Assembly: GCA_030550175.1 (NCBI GenBank)
Contig: JAUQPW010000007.1
Coordinates: 15,858 to 79,857, forward strand
DNA: 64,000 bases
Origin: a bacterium
GTDB lineage: Bacteria; Moduliflexota; Moduliflexia; Moduliflexales; JAUQPW01
Direction: 5' to 3'
Below the pieces are notes generated by a model. It was not told the DNA's origin and made no database searches. It worked only from the letters and a program-made list of their open reading frames with translations. Shown here piece by piece: positions 29,572 to 40,113 of the stretch; the first letter of the stretch is position 1; each line of letters begins with the position of its first letter. A program made the position numbers and the translations under genes.

Positions 29572-30660
29572 TTAACGCTTAGAATAAAAATGAAGGGTAA
29601 TATGTGGAAAAGACCAGAGGGCAATATAATTCCCATCAAATAACACATTCAGGGATTGGAAAGGTTGTAAGCGGGATAATCCGTAAAGGGACAGAAAAAA
29701 TAGATTGGTTAAGAGGAGTAGACCCAGAAAATGGGAAGGGGAATGTTTGAACTTCCAGAAAGGGTCTCCCTGGTAATTGGCCGGAGGTCGGATATGGGTT
29801 GGGGAATTCGAGCCCTGGGACCTCAGCTCCGAAACCTGGGATTGATAGTAAAGAACCCTTTCGATACCAAACAGATACCAGGTTATATAATGATAAAAAA
29901 TTACAACCTTATTGAAACGGCCGGCGGATATACTGCTTACGATAAATTGATTGTAAAGAAGGATCAACCCGATGATCCCTAAAGTATAAGCGGCACTTCG
30001 CAGAAAGGGATACTCCTCTCCCCGGCGAGTTGAATAAAAGGAACTGATTCCCCAAATCAAAGCCACCCCCAACAAAGCATAAAATCCCCACGGGGGCAGG
30101 TCCCGGTAAAAAGCAGCCAGATCGTATTCTGAAGGTGGGACCAGGCCGTTGGTATAATTGGTATATAAAAGGGCAATAAAAACCAGGATCATAAAAATCC
30201 CATGAGCCTGAACTTTTTTATCCAGTCTGGTGTGCTTAAAGTCAGAACTTCGCTGGACATAGAAGACATGTTCATCGCGGATCATATGAATAATAAAATA
30301 AACCATGAAGGGGAAGCCCCGGTACTGAATAGGAAACCAACCATAATAGATAACAGGAAAAATAATGATCAAAGGGAAGAAAGTTAAGAAGAAAAAAAGC
30401 TTTTTCTTACGGGTTGTCAGCGTTCTCCTTAAAACATTGTAGTGAAACAGGTAAGAAATACCAAAATGCACATGACTGGTAATCATAAAGAAGACTTCCA
30501 GGCTATCAAACCCAAAAAACTTGGCCGTAAGTGACAGGGAAACGAAGGTGATCCCCAGGCTCAGGAAGACATTATCCACAAAGTATTTCTGTGGGTTCCA
30601 GGAAAAGGCTCTCTCCCCGGGGATGGAAGAAATCGAGGTTTTTAAAATCGTTTGTTCCAT
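29572..30660 (-). CDS. polytopic membrane protein, Cys-free, with several His-containing motifs; last gene of the carrier-protein/AsnB operon
   Basis: 362 aa, about 8-10 TM segments. Motifs HVHFGISYLFH, HMIRDEH, HSPSH and HITLH. No Cys, so it is not an exosortase. Confidence 0.4.
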   Translation of the reverse strand: MEQTILKTSISSIPGERAFSWNPQKYFVDNVFLSLGITFVSLSLTAKFFGFDSLEVFFMITSHVHFGISYLFHYNVLRRTLTTRKKKLFFFLTFFPLIIIFPVIYYGWFPIQYRGFPFMVYFIIHMIRDEHVFYVQRSSDFKHTRLDKKVQAHGIFMILVFIALLYTNYTNGLVPPSEYDLAAFYRDLPPWGFYALLGVALIWGISSFYSTRRGEEYPFLRSAAYTLGIIGLILLYNQFIVSSISAGRFNKVVIFYHYITWYLFGIERVLYYQSQVSELRSQGSNSPTHIRPPANYQGDPFWKFKHSPSHFLGLLLLTNLFFLSLYGLSRLQPFQSLNVLFDGNYIALWSFPHITLHFYSKR

Positions 30661-30724
30661 ACGCTTAGTCGGTTAAGAGCTTTTGATAAAAGCCTTCATC
30701 GCTTAAAATTTATCAAAAGTCCTC

Positions 30725-32218
30725 TTAACCGATTTCCCTTAACTCTGTTTTTTTAATCTTACCTGTTTCGGTTCTGGGGAGCTTATCACAGATAATAATA
30801 TATTTGGGTCTTTTGATCGGACTTAAGCGATCAATACAGAATCTCAGGATTTGATCGGAATTCAGATAGAAACCTTCTTTAGGAACTATATAAGCCTGGA
30901 TGGCTTCCCCTAACCATTCATCCGGTACTCCGACTACAGCACATTCTGCAACTCCTTCATGATTGATCAAAACAGCCTCAATCTCAGAGGGGTGGATATT
31001 TTCGCTGCCACTCTTAATCAAGTCTTTTTGGCGCCCTACCAGATATAAATAACCTTCTTCATCTATCCACCCGAGATCTCCGGTGTGAATTCCGTCTTCT
31101 TTAAAAACCTGCCGGGTTGCTTCCTCGTTTTTATAATACCCTATGGCCCTATGATCACACCGAATAACAATCTCTCCTTCAGACCCTTCTTTTCCCTTTG
31201 CAAGGTGGACCTGCACCTCCGGAATAATGCTCCCACAAGATCCTGCTTTTTCTTGAAGTTTTTCCGGAGGTAAAACTGTGACCAGACCCACTTCGGTCAG
31301 GCCATAGGTCAGATAAATATCTACCCGGGGAAAAGCCTCATGAAGGTTCCGGATTAGTTGGGGTGTAACCTGGCCTGCTCCGATTCGGAAGTATCTTAAA
31401 GAAGTTAAGGTGTAACGCCGGATATCACCCCGGGATAATAAGGTGTGGTAAACTGTTGGTACCGCCGAGAGTCCCGTAACTCGCTCTGCTTCCATGGAGG
31501 CCAGAACCGAGTTCGGGGAAAGAAAATTCCGCTCCAGAATTACGGTGGCCCCAACCATGAGATGGGCCAGGAGAAAAATTTTATTCATCCCGAAAAATAA
31601 AGGAAGAACAAGGGAAGTTCGATCTCTAGACGAGATTTGGAAGTATTTAATATTCAACTCCGCATTCCGGATAAGATTCTTGTGGGGAAGAAGTACACCT
31701 TTAGGAATCCCTGTAGTTCCAGAAGTGTAATTGATACAGGCAATAGAAGACGAATCCTTTCCTTTACTTCGATTCTCCGGTTCTTCCCTTCTCCCATTCT
31801 CCCCTTCTGTGATTTTCCCCCACTCATTGATTAATAAAATGGTAAGAGATTCAAACTGATTTGAAATTTGCTCCCATAAAGCCCTTTGAATCTTCTCGGT
31901 AATAAATATTTTAATCTCGCACTGCCGGACAATGCAGGTGATTTCCTCGGGTTTAAGGGATGGGTTTATGTCTACAACGATACCTCCCGTCTTCCAGACG
32001 GCAAAAAAGGCCAGAACCAGTTCCGGGGAGTTCCAGCAACAAATTCCAATTCTTTCCCCCGGCATTGCTCCTCTTCGAATAAGGTCATAGGCTAGCCGAT
32101 TTGTCTGTTCCTCAAGTTCTCGATAGGTGTAGCGGATTCCGTGTGAAATCAGTGCTGTTGCCTCTGGAAACCGATTTGCGCTCTGATTCAGCAAGTCTGC
32201 TAAGGTTTTTACAGACAT
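30725..32218 (-). CDS. AMP-forming acyl/aminoacyl ligase (ANL superfamily, DltA/FadD-like)
   Basis: 497 aa. A3 core YTSGTTGIPKG, the TYGLTE motif, and the C-terminal PKTETGKIKK lysine motif. Confidence 0.85.
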   Translation of the reverse strand: MSVKTLADLLNQSANRFPEATALISHGIRYTYRELEEQTNRLAYDLIRRGAMPGERIGICCWNSPELVLAFFAVWKTGGIVVDINPSLKPEEITCIVRQCEIKIFITEKIQRALWEQISNQFESLTILLINEWGKITEGENGRREEPENRSKGKDSSSIACINYTSGTTGIPKGVLLPHKNLIRNAELNIKYFQISSRDRTSLVLPLFFGMNKIFLLAHLMVGATVILERNFLSPNSVLASMEAERVTGLSAVPTVYHTLLSRGDIRRYTLTSLRYFRIGAGQVTPQLIRNLHEAFPRVDIYLTYGLTEVGLVTVLPPEKLQEKAGSCGSIIPEVQVHLAKGKEGSEGEIVIRCDHRAIGYYKNEEATRQVFKEDGIHTGDLGWIDEEGYLYLVGRQKDLIKSGSENIHPSEIEAVLINHEGVAECAVVGVPDEWLGEAIQAYIVPKEGFYLNSDQILRFCIDRLSPIKRPKYIIICDKLPRTETGKIKKTELREIG

Positions 32219-32285
32219 AGAGTTCGTAACAGGTTATCTCTCTCAACCCCGCGGGGAAGGAGAAGAAGGTAAAGAAATTCTGATC

Positions 32286-34139
32286 TCACACATTAAAAAC
32301 TTTGTGCCACCGTTCTAGAAAATAGAGACGGATCAAGGCATAATGTTTCTGGGTAAAAAGACCCGATGAACCTTCCTGGAAAGATGCCAGGAAAGCGTTT
32401 AACTTTTCTCTATTGAAATAAGCCTCGATGGCGAGATGGGGTTGTTTCAAAGAAGCCAGCATCGTGTTTATCAATTCCTGGACCTCGAAGGGAGGAGGCA
32501 TGGGACTTTTCTTGCGGGTAAGAATGGCTTCCGGAAAATCCGGTAGATACTTCCGAATCATTTGTTTTAAAAAATGTTTTTCATCGGATTTTTGAGTTTT
32601 AATCTCACCCGGAAGATTTAGTACCCACTCTACCAACCGATGGTCCAGAAAGGGAACGCGAACTTCTACCGAGGAGGCCATGCTATGACGGTCTTCAATC
32701 TCCAGCATTTCGTGAAGATGCAATTTAACGAATACATAACTCAGCTTGTTAAAGAAATCCGATGTCTTAGCCCTGGTCAGGTACTCTTCAAACCGGTCCT
32801 GATGGACTTCCCAGTAGAGGGTTTCCCACCGAAATTCATCGGTAACCAGGGTTTCTAAGAAGTCCACGGCACTGATGGGATAACCCGGTTTTCTCGGATC
32901 TGTACGCCAGATCCAGGGAAAGAACATGGTATTCTGTCGGTCCTTCCTTTGTAACCAGTAGTAATAACCTCCAAAAAGTTCATCGGACCCCTGTCCGGAT
33001 AAAAGAACCCGAACCTTTTGAGAAGCTTCCTGATTTAACCGAAAGTGACCATATTCCGAAAGGGTAACCAGAGGTTTTTCCCGATGCCAGATCATTCGGT
33101 CAATTGCTTCACAAAGTGAATCTGTAGGGAGAATATAGAGATGATGATCCGTCTTAAGCTCTCGGGCGAAAAGCGACGCATAATAAGTATCATCCCCCCG
33201 GACTTCCCCTACGATACGATGGGGGTTCTGTTTAAAAACCTCGGTATTTCGGGTATATCCGATGTTAAAGGTCTTTAAAAAAGGATGATACTTCAGGGCG
33301 AGTGCCGTCACAAGGCTTGAATCCAGACCCCCACTTAAACAGGCTCCCAACGGGACATGGGAAAATAACTCATGGTGGACAGACTCATCCAAAAGATTGT
33401 AGAGGTTCTCCAGGTCCCCCTCACCCCGATTTCGGGTTTTCCAGGTCCGGTATCCCATTTCTGAAAAAGGTACATCCCAGTACTCTCGAATTTTTAAACC
33501 CTTCCTGGAAACTTCCAGAAAATGGCCCGGACTTAAGGCATGAATACCCCGAAATAGGGTGTTGGAAACCAAAGGGAATCCGCAGAACAGATACTCTGCT
33601 ACGGCTTCGGGGTTTACTCCTATCGGATGATCGGATTGGGTTAAGATAGCCTTGATTTCTGAGGCAAAGACAAATTTACCGGACTTCATCCAATAGAACA
33701 AAGGCTTTATTCCCAGACGATCCCGTGCCAGAAAAAGCTTCTCCTGTTTCTCATCCCATATGGCAAAGGCAAACATTCCATTCAAAAGATGGAGGCAATC
33801 GGTTCCATACGCTTCATACGCCCGAAGGATAACTTCTGTATCGCTCTCGGTCCTAAAACAATATCCCCGTTTTTCCAAATTTTCTCGGATTTCTCGGTGA
33901 TTGTAAATTTCTCCATTGAATACAATCCACAGGGACTGTTCCCGATTCGATAAAGGCTGAGCTCCTGACTCTAAATCGATAATGGAAAGCCGCTGACTTC
34001 CCAGTCCTATAAACTCTCGAAAGTAAATTCCATCCTGATCCGGTCCTCGATGAGCCAGGGCACGATTCATAGATCGAAGAATCTCAGGATTGACCTTTTC
34101 CGAGTGATCGGTGATAAAAATTCCAGAAATTCCACACAT
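32286..34139 (-). CDS. asparagine synthetase (glutamine-hydrolysing) family amidotransferase, paralog 1
   Basis: 617 aa. N-terminal MCGISGIF with the Ntn Cys2 nucleophile, and an SGGLDSS PP-loop in the synthetase domain. Confidence 0.9.
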   Translation of the reverse strand: MCGISGIFITDHSEKVNPEILRSMNRALAHRGPDQDGIYFREFIGLGSQRLSIIDLESGAQPLSNREQSLWIVFNGEIYNHREIRENLEKRGYCFRTESDTEVILRAYEAYGTDCLHLLNGMFAFAIWDEKQEKLFLARDRLGIKPLFYWMKSGKFVFASEIKAILTQSDHPIGVNPEAVAEYLFCGFPLVSNTLFRGIHALSPGHFLEVSRKGLKIREYWDVPFSEMGYRTWKTRNRGEGDLENLYNLLDESVHHELFSHVPLGACLSGGLDSSLVTALALKYHPFLKTFNIGYTRNTEVFKQNPHRIVGEVRGDDTYYASLFARELKTDHHLYILPTDSLCEAIDRMIWHREKPLVTLSEYGHFRLNQEASQKVRVLLSGQGSDELFGGYYYWLQRKDRQNTMFFPWIWRTDPRKPGYPISAVDFLETLVTDEFRWETLYWEVHQDRFEEYLTRAKTSDFFNKLSYVFVKLHLHEMLEIEDRHSMASSVEVRVPFLDHRLVEWVLNLPGEIKTQKSDEKHFLKQMIRKYLPDFPEAILTRKKSPMPPPFEVQELINTMLASLKQPHLAIEAYFNREKLNAFLASFQEGSSGLFTQKHYALIRLYFLERWHKVFNV

Positions 34140-34197
34140 AACTGAAAGTCTAAAGTTTAAAATTCGAAACCTCTTATAATTTCCTTAATTTGAAGCT

Positions 34198-34674
34198 TCA
34201 AACTTTTGGACTTTGGACTGAATAGGCAACGCAGGTGTTTCGAACCGAGAGTCGATGCTGCTCCAGGAAAGCTATTTTCTCTTCAGGGGGATACGGCTGT
34301 TGGGGATTACCCATTTCCATACACTTCTTGGCTAAAAGCCCTTGAACCGAGATATGACAGGCGTCCAATATAAGGTTGGTGAGATGAGTACATCCTTCCT
34401 TTCCACCGATTTGCTTCTCCAAAAGAAAGGCCAGACCTGGCTTGACCTGGAGTCCCACACATTTAGATAGCTGGGTCAGAGCGGTGGGACAGACAGGATA
34501 AGGCGTTTGATTTATCCAGGGTTTAATCGAAACGATCACCAGATCCGGATATTGGAAGATCACTTCGACCCCCATATCATGGAAAGAATCTTTCATACTT
34601 ACCGTTACAACAAACCGGTTTTCCGGGTTGTCCCAGAGAACTTTATAATCTTTTTTTCGATGAAAAAGCTCCAT
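34198..34674 (-). CDS. hypothetical protein (158 aa) between the AsnB and ligase genes
   Basis: Tightly packed in the operon. Contains several Cys (CPTALTQLSKC, CTHL). No family recognised. Confidence 0.35.
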   Translation of the reverse strand: MELFHRKKDYKVLWDNPENRFVVTVSMKDSFHDMGVEVIFQYPDLVIVSIKPWINQTPYPVCPTALTQLSKCVGLQVKPGLAFLLEKQIGGKEGCTHLTNLILDACHISVQGLLAKKCMEMGNPQQPYPPEEKIAFLEQHRLSVRNTCVAYSVQSPKV

Positions 34675-34692
34675 ATTCTCCCATTCTCCCGT

Positions 34693-36426
34693 TCACTTCA
34701 GTAAAGACTTTTGGGTCTTACCCAATACGGTCTTGGGAAGGGAATCCGAGAATTCAATCACTTTAGGTACTTTAAAAGATTCCAGGTAACGGGCGCAGTA
34801 CCCAATCAATTCATGGGGGTCGGGTGGAAATTTAGGATCACAAACGACCCAGGCTTTTACCACTTCCCCTAAGAGTCCGGCCGGATCCGGGATTCCTGTC
34901 ACCGCAACTTCTCTAACCGCCGGATGCTTACGCAAGACGGCTTCTATTTCCTCTGGACTGATCTTCTTTCCCCCGCTGTTAATCAATTCATCTGCACGAC
35001 CCAGTAAGAAGAGATAGTTTTCTGAATCTAACCAGCCATAATCCGGGGTCAAAAGAGTTCCATCGGACCGCAAGCATTGCCGCGTAAGATCTGGCCGGTT
35101 CCAATAACCTTTCATAATCATAGAACTTTTAACCGCTACACGACCGGGTTTGTTAACCCCTACAGGCTGACCCTGCTCATCTAAAATCGAAAGTGTTACG
35201 CCTGGATAAGGCTGTCCTACGGAACCCGCTTTCCAATCCGGTTCGGTGACTTCTCGAAAACACACCCGACTGACTTCTGTAAGACCATAGGTTACAAATA
35301 ACCGCGTGGTCGGTAAAGCTGTTTTGAGTTGGGTGAGGAGAGAAGGAGGAGCCGGTGAAGTACCCAGGGTAATATACCGCAGATGCTTTTGGCACCTTTT
35401 CAACATGGATTCATAGCGATCCATAAAAAGCCTTAATCCACCGGGAACTCCGGAGAATCCTGTAACCTGTTCCTCATGAAATTGCTTTAAAACCTGGGCC
35501 GGGTAGGTCAAATTCTTTGCCAGGATTAAAGTTCCTCCTGCACGCAGACAACCATCTATCTCCCGGAGTCCGTAGAGATGGAAAAGAGGGACCAGAATTC
35601 CAATTCGATCCCGAGGAGTCAATTTCAGAAACTCCTTTCCAGTCTCTGCAATAACCTCTAAATTTCCATGGGTCAGCATAACCCCCTTTGGTTGTCCGGT
35701 TGTTCCACTGGTATAAATAATAGCGGCCAGATCATCTCCAGTGATCGGGGCTTCAAAGGGATACTTTTTATCGGTTATGTCCTGTTGTTTCCTTTGTTCC
35801 GGGCGTTCAAATAAGCTCTTACCCCCCTTTTTCCTCTCTGGCCCTCCGACATCCCTCTGCATGCCGGGGGGATTGGGAGAATTAGGGAAAGCGAGGAGGT
35901 GGGAGGATGAAGGGAATCCAGGGGAGTCTATCGAAGTACTCGTAAAAAAACTACCTTTGAAAGCCGCAACCGGAGGATGAGGATGCGAGATCCGGAAGGC
36001 GCGGGAATATGAAGACAGAAAGAAAATTTCCACGCCGTTTTCTCCCAGGGCTATGGGATCCCCAAAACCCAGAGAGATCAGATTTACGGTATGGGAATGG
36101 ATTCGCTTTTCCAGGAACAACGCTTTGGGTGAACAATCTTCAAGGGTATGGGTTAAGGCTTCTAAGGGCATGGAGGGGTTTAAAGGAACGACCACTCCTC
36201 CAACTTGAAGGATAGCGAGATAAGCTATCACAAAGTCTGGAGAATTATCCAGGAGCAGACAGACGCGATCTCCCAGGGATATTCCGTTTTGTTGTAAAAT
36301 GTTGGCAAGTTGATCTACTGAAGTATCTAACTGAGCATAGGTAAGGCGATACTCTTCCTGGACTACCGCTTCTTTTCCTGGAGAAAGAATCCTGTATTGT
36401 TTTAAAAAATCGTGTAATCTGTCCAT
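34693..36426 (-). CDS. AMP-forming ligase (ANL superfamily) with a roughly 110-aa low-complexity insertion
   Basis: 577 aa. Core motifs YTSGTTGQPKG, YGLTE and PKTVLGKTQK. A Pro/Ser/Gly-rich insert (…SHPHPPVAAFKGSFFTSTSIDSPGFPSSSHLLAFPNSPNPPGMQRDVGGPERKKGG…) sits upstream of the A3 motif. The start overlaps the ACP stop. Confidence 0.8.
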   Translation of the reverse strand: MDRLHDFLKQYRILSPGKEAVVQEEYRLTYAQLDTSVDQLANILQQNGISLGDRVCLLLDNSPDFVIAYLAILQVGGVVVPLNPSMPLEALTHTLEDCSPKALFLEKRIHSHTVNLISLGFGDPIALGENGVEIFFLSSYSRAFRISHPHPPVAAFKGSFFTSTSIDSPGFPSSSHLLAFPNSPNPPGMQRDVGGPERKKGGKSLFERPEQRKQQDITDKKYPFEAPITGDDLAAIIYTSGTTGQPKGVMLTHGNLEVIAETGKEFLKLTPRDRIGILVPLFHLYGLREIDGCLRAGGTLILAKNLTYPAQVLKQFHEEQVTGFSGVPGGLRLFMDRYESMLKRCQKHLRYITLGTSPAPPSLLTQLKTALPTTRLFVTYGLTEVSRVCFREVTEPDWKAGSVGQPYPGVTLSILDEQGQPVGVNKPGRVAVKSSMIMKGYWNRPDLTRQCLRSDGTLLTPDYGWLDSENYLFLLGRADELINSGGKKISPEEIEAVLRKHPAVREVAVTGIPDPAGLLGEVVKAWVVCDPKFPPDPHELIGYCARYLESFKVPKVIEFSDSLPKTVLGKTQKSLLK

Positions 36427-36428
36427 GT

Positions 36429-36701
36429 TTATTGAATTCCAAACTTCTCTCCAAGGTACCTCATTACGGCTTCTAAGGAGCCAAAGTTTTCAGGCAGGAT
36501 ATCTTCCCCTGGAATTTTGATCTTACAGAGTTTTTCAATAAACACAACAAAATCCAGAAGAGAAAGGGAATCAAAGATCCCTTGATCGATAAAGGAGTCT
36601 GTACTTTGAAGGGTGGTGATCCCCTTCCCCTGTAAAGCCGGCAGGCTCAGAAGATAATTTTCGAGTGCCTGTACTACTTTTGTGGGTTGTTCGTTGATCA
36701 T
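36429..36701 (-). CDS. acyl/peptidyl carrier protein (DltC/ACP-like)
   Basis: 90 aa with the phosphopantetheine-attachment Ser in GIFDSLSLLDF. Confidence 0.7.
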   Translation of the reverse strand: MINEQPTKVVQALENYLLSLPALQGKGITTLQSTDSFIDQGIFDSLSLLDFVVFIEKLCKIKIPGEDILPENFGSLEAVMRYLGEKFGIQ

Positions 36702-36805
36702 TCTTTGTTGTTCCCGGTTTAATTTTTTATCGTCCGTTATCTGTTATCTGCCGTCTTTAGCTATAGAAAAACAACAGGCAACAGGGTAACGGGGTAACAG
36801 GTCAA

Positions 36806-38038
36806 TCAACCGAAAAATAGGCGCTGATAAGCCTGGAGTGTTACTTCCAACGGCTTACCGGTGATTCCATCCCAAAAACTTCGATGAATAAGGGCTATAA
36901 ATGAAAAGGTAAGAGCAATTTTTAAAGCTAAAAGGAGGGTTCTCATCCCAGGACTCTTCACTTTAAGAGAAAATTCTTTTATCCAGGGGGTTTGGGAAAT
37001 CTTTGAAATAATAGCGACGGCTAAACCAAAGGATCCAAAGGCCAGGGTTATTTGAATGGTAGCGTCCAGGGTTATGGCCGGCGTAACCAGAAGATGCCAG
37101 AGACCGCTGACTAAAAAGGTCGTTATGATTTTAGCAGTTATCTGCGTATGCCTCCAGAAGGGATAAAAAACATGGGTCATCAGCCATCGATAAGTCGAAA
37201 TGTTGGAAGTTTTCCAGTACTGGACAGGGCTGGAGGACAGAAGTGGATTTGCAAAATTTTCATAAAGATTAAATCCTAGAATTCGAGACAGGGCAATAGC
37301 CATATCTGTAAAGCCGGAGAAAGCCCAATAAAAGCGAATTAAAAGCAGACAGAAAGTACCCCATACAAAAAGCCTCGGATCCAGGTGTTGAAGAAAAGGG
37401 TGATGGATAGAACCCTCTGCCCATTGTTGCAGTTTATTGTAGAGATTCTGAGAGTAAGGAGCCAAAACAAAAAACTTAATACCTCCCCAGATCATTTTAA
37501 GGAGGTTATAAGGAACCAGTTGGGACCAGTTAGAAATCTGGGGTTGATAGCTTTTATAAAAATCATTGAACGAAACCACGGGTCCGGCGAATAGAGTAGG
37601 AAGAAAAAATATATAAAGGAGAAACTGATTGAATCGATCCCAACCGGTTAAAGAGGTTTTAGGGCGTTTACTGAGGGCAAAGTCTATGCTTCGAAGCAGG
37701 AAAAAGGCTTCTATTCCCTGGCGACCCCAGAAAACGTACTTGATAGCCGGTCTGGGAAATTGGTATTTAAGAAAAACAAAAGCGGCTAAAACTCCCAAAA
37801 CCAAAATCAGCTTTTGATTTCGGGTCCAGTTTGTTTCCCCGATGAGATAGACGGTCAGGGCCGTCAGGGTAAATATTAGAAAATTTAACGGGGGAAACAG
37901 CCACAAAAGGGCTCCCAGGCTAATAAAGAGCATGGAGTATTCGCGAACCTGGAATTTTCCCATCCATTCCGATGAAGGCTTTGCCGGAGTTACGTAAAAA
38001 ATCGGAGTTGTTGTCAGGAGACCGGTGAGATTTTTCAT
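36806..38038 (-). CDS. membrane-bound O-acyltransferase (MBOAT; AlgI/DltB family)
   Basis: 410 aa polytopic protein. MBOAT signatures FLPTLFAGPV and SGLWH (catalytic His). It overlaps the upstream AsnB gene by 4 nt. Confidence 0.75.
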   Translation of the reverse strand: MKNLTGLLTTTPIFYVTPAKPSSEWMGKFQVREYSMLFISLGALLWLFPPLNFLIFTLTALTVYLIGETNWTRNQKLILVLGVLAAFVFLKYQFPRPAIKYVFWGRQGIEAFFLLRSIDFALSKRPKTSLTGWDRFNQFLLYIFFLPTLFAGPVVSFNDFYKSYQPQISNWSQLVPYNLLKMIWGGIKFFVLAPYSQNLYNKLQQWAEGSIHHPFLQHLDPRLFVWGTFCLLLIRFYWAFSGFTDMAIALSRILGFNLYENFANPLLSSSPVQYWKTSNISTYRWLMTHVFYPFWRHTQITAKIITTFLVSGLWHLLVTPAITLDATIQITLAFGSFGLAVAIISKISQTPWIKEFSLKVKSPGMRTLLLALKIALTFSFIALIHRSFWDGITGKPLEVTLQAYQRLFFG

Positions 38039-39852
38039 ACCTTAAAAACCCGATGCAAAAGTTCCAGGGTTAAAAGATACATGGAAATCTGCCACTGGGT
38101 GAGCAGATCTACTTCTTCGAACTCATTTTTTCTTTCTAAGAAATCCTCTAATTGAGAACGGTCGAAATAGGAAATAGCCCTTGAGTTTGGGCTTAAAAGG
38201 AGATCTCGGGTGAGCTGGAGTTGGTTGAACACCGATTGTGGATCCCGGGGTATGGGCATATGGGTTTTTTTTCGGTAAAGGATGGAATCCGGAAGAAAGC
38301 CCCGGAGCATTTTTTTGAAGATATATTTACTCTGGCCGTTTTTAACTTTTAATTTTGAAGGCATAGGTGCCAGGAGCTCAACCAATCGGTGATCCAGAAA
38401 AGGAGGTCGTGTTTCCACCCCAAAAGCCAGGGAGGTTCGGTCATGGAACTCTAAAAGCTCCAGAAGGAAGAACTTTAAATACAGATAAAGGGCCTGATAT
38501 AAGATATCCTGGTTAGAAACCCGGATCAGGTGGTCTGACAACTTTTGATAGAAGAGTTCTTTGGGTCTGATCGCCTTGCGAAACTCCTGGGAAAAGAGTT
38601 TGAGCATAACTTTCCAGGAAGGAGCCCAGGGAAAGTAGGTAATCTGTTGGGTTTTTAAAATATCATCCAGACCCAAACCTCGCGATCCCAGATACCCGGC
38701 CAGGAGTTCATCGGCACCTTCTCCACAGAGAACTACGGTGGCATAATTCTTAAGCTTTTCATAGAGGAGGTACATGGTGGCAGCCCCTTTATTAAAGGGT
38801 CTTTCTAAATGCCAGGTCAACCGTTCCAGGGTAGAAAAATAGATTTCCGGAGAGATTAAAAATTCATGATGTTTCGTTCCCAACGTTTGGGCGACGATTC
38901 TTGCATAGGTGGCATCATGGTCTTCCCCTTTCCAGGGATTTGGGAAGTCAATGGTAAAAGTCTGCAAGGGGCCGGATAGCATCTGGCCGGCCCAGGTTGC
39001 GATACTGCTGGAATCTGTACCTCCGCTGAGTAAAACACCTAACGGAACTTCCCCGACCAACCGGAGCCGGACGGCATCTTTAAGGAGTTCCATGAGGTGT
39101 TGCCCGTAATACTTTTCCGCCTCTTCCCCTTTAAGAGGAACGGATGGGGTTGCCTCTGGAGAAGGAATTTCCCAGTACTTGTTCAAACGATAATGAAAAC
39201 CGGGCCGACCCGTATGGGCCATGGCGGTTAAGGTATAGCCCGGAGGAAGGGTCCATATCCCCTTAAACATGGTATGGGCTTCTAAAAGGGTCCCACAAAG
39301 AAGTACCTCGGCAACGGCTTCCGGATTAATATCCGGGGAAATGGCAGGATGCTCTAAAATGGCTTTAGCTTCCGATGCAAAAATAAATTGCCCATCGGCT
39401 ATGGTATAGTGAAGAGGAACAATGCCCATCCGATCCCGGGCCAGAAAAAGTTTTTTTCCGGGATGATCCCAAATGGCAAAGGCAAACTGGCCGTTAAATT
39501 GTTCTACACAATCCTCTCCGAAAGCTTCATAGGCATGTAAAACGACTTCCGTGTCTGAATCTGTTTTAAAACGATATCCCCGGCTTTTCAGAAGACGTTG
39601 AAGCTGTCGATAATTAAAAATTTCCCCGTTGTACGTGATCCAGATCGATCCATCTTCATTGGACATGGGTTGACGCCCGTATTCACGATCGATAATGGAT
39701 AGTCGCCGGTTTCCCAAACCTACCCGGTTGTTAAGATAGATGCCTGCATCGTCAGGACCTCGATGGCGCTGAATTTCATTCATTTTTTCCAGGGTTTCTA
39801 CCTCAACAGGCTTATCTAAAGCAAAATTAAAGATTCCACTAATACCACACAT
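38035..39852 (-). CDS. asparagine synthetase (glutamine-hydrolysing) family amidotransferase, paralog 2
   Basis: 605 aa. MCGISGIF N-terminus and an SGGTDSS PP-loop. Confidence 0.9.
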   Translation of the reverse strand: MCGISGIFNFALDKPVEVETLEKMNEIQRHRGPDDAGIYLNNRVGLGNRRLSIIDREYGRQPMSNEDGSIWITYNGEIFNYRQLQRLLKSRGYRFKTDSDTEVVLHAYEAFGEDCVEQFNGQFAFAIWDHPGKKLFLARDRMGIVPLHYTIADGQFIFASEAKAILEHPAISPDINPEAVAEVLLCGTLLEAHTMFKGIWTLPPGYTLTAMAHTGRPGFHYRLNKYWEIPSPEATPSVPLKGEEAEKYYGQHLMELLKDAVRLRLVGEVPLGVLLSGGTDSSSIATWAGQMLSGPLQTFTIDFPNPWKGEDHDATYARIVAQTLGTKHHEFLISPEIYFSTLERLTWHLERPFNKGAATMYLLYEKLKNYATVVLCGEGADELLAGYLGSRGLGLDDILKTQQITYFPWAPSWKVMLKLFSQEFRKAIRPKELFYQKLSDHLIRVSNQDILYQALYLYLKFFLLELLEFHDRTSLAFGVETRPPFLDHRLVELLAPMPSKLKVKNGQSKYIFKKMLRGFLPDSILYRKKTHMPIPRDPQSVFNQLQLTRDLLLSPNSRAISYFDRSQLEDFLERKNEFEEVDLLTQWQISMYLLTLELLHRVFKV

Positions 39853-39854
39853 TT

Positions 39855-40109
39855 TTAACCTCTTATCCTCTTACGTTGGATATAATCACAAATGGTATGG
39901 ATACTTTGAAAATTTTCAGGTTGAAACTCTGCAGGAGACACGGTCAGATCAAATTGCCCTTCCAGAAAGTCGATCAGATGGATCAAAGTCAAGGAGTTAA
40001 GAATACCGGTTTGCAAAAGAGGAGTATCTTTATCTAATTTTTCAACCTCAGTTTCCGGTAAGATCTGTTCGGCCAGGAATTTTCTGATTATTTTCTCTAC
40101 TTCGTCCAT
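39855..40109 (-). CDS. acyl/peptidyl carrier protein (second copy)
   Basis: 84 aa with the Ser in GILNSLTLIHLI. It lies immediately upstream of AsnB paralog 2. Confidence 0.65.
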   Translation of the reverse strand: MDEVEKIIRKFLAEQILPETEVEKLDKDTPLLQTGILNSLTLIHLIDFLEGQFDLTVSPAEFQPENFQSIHTICDYIQRKRIRG

Positions 40110-40113
40110 AGGT

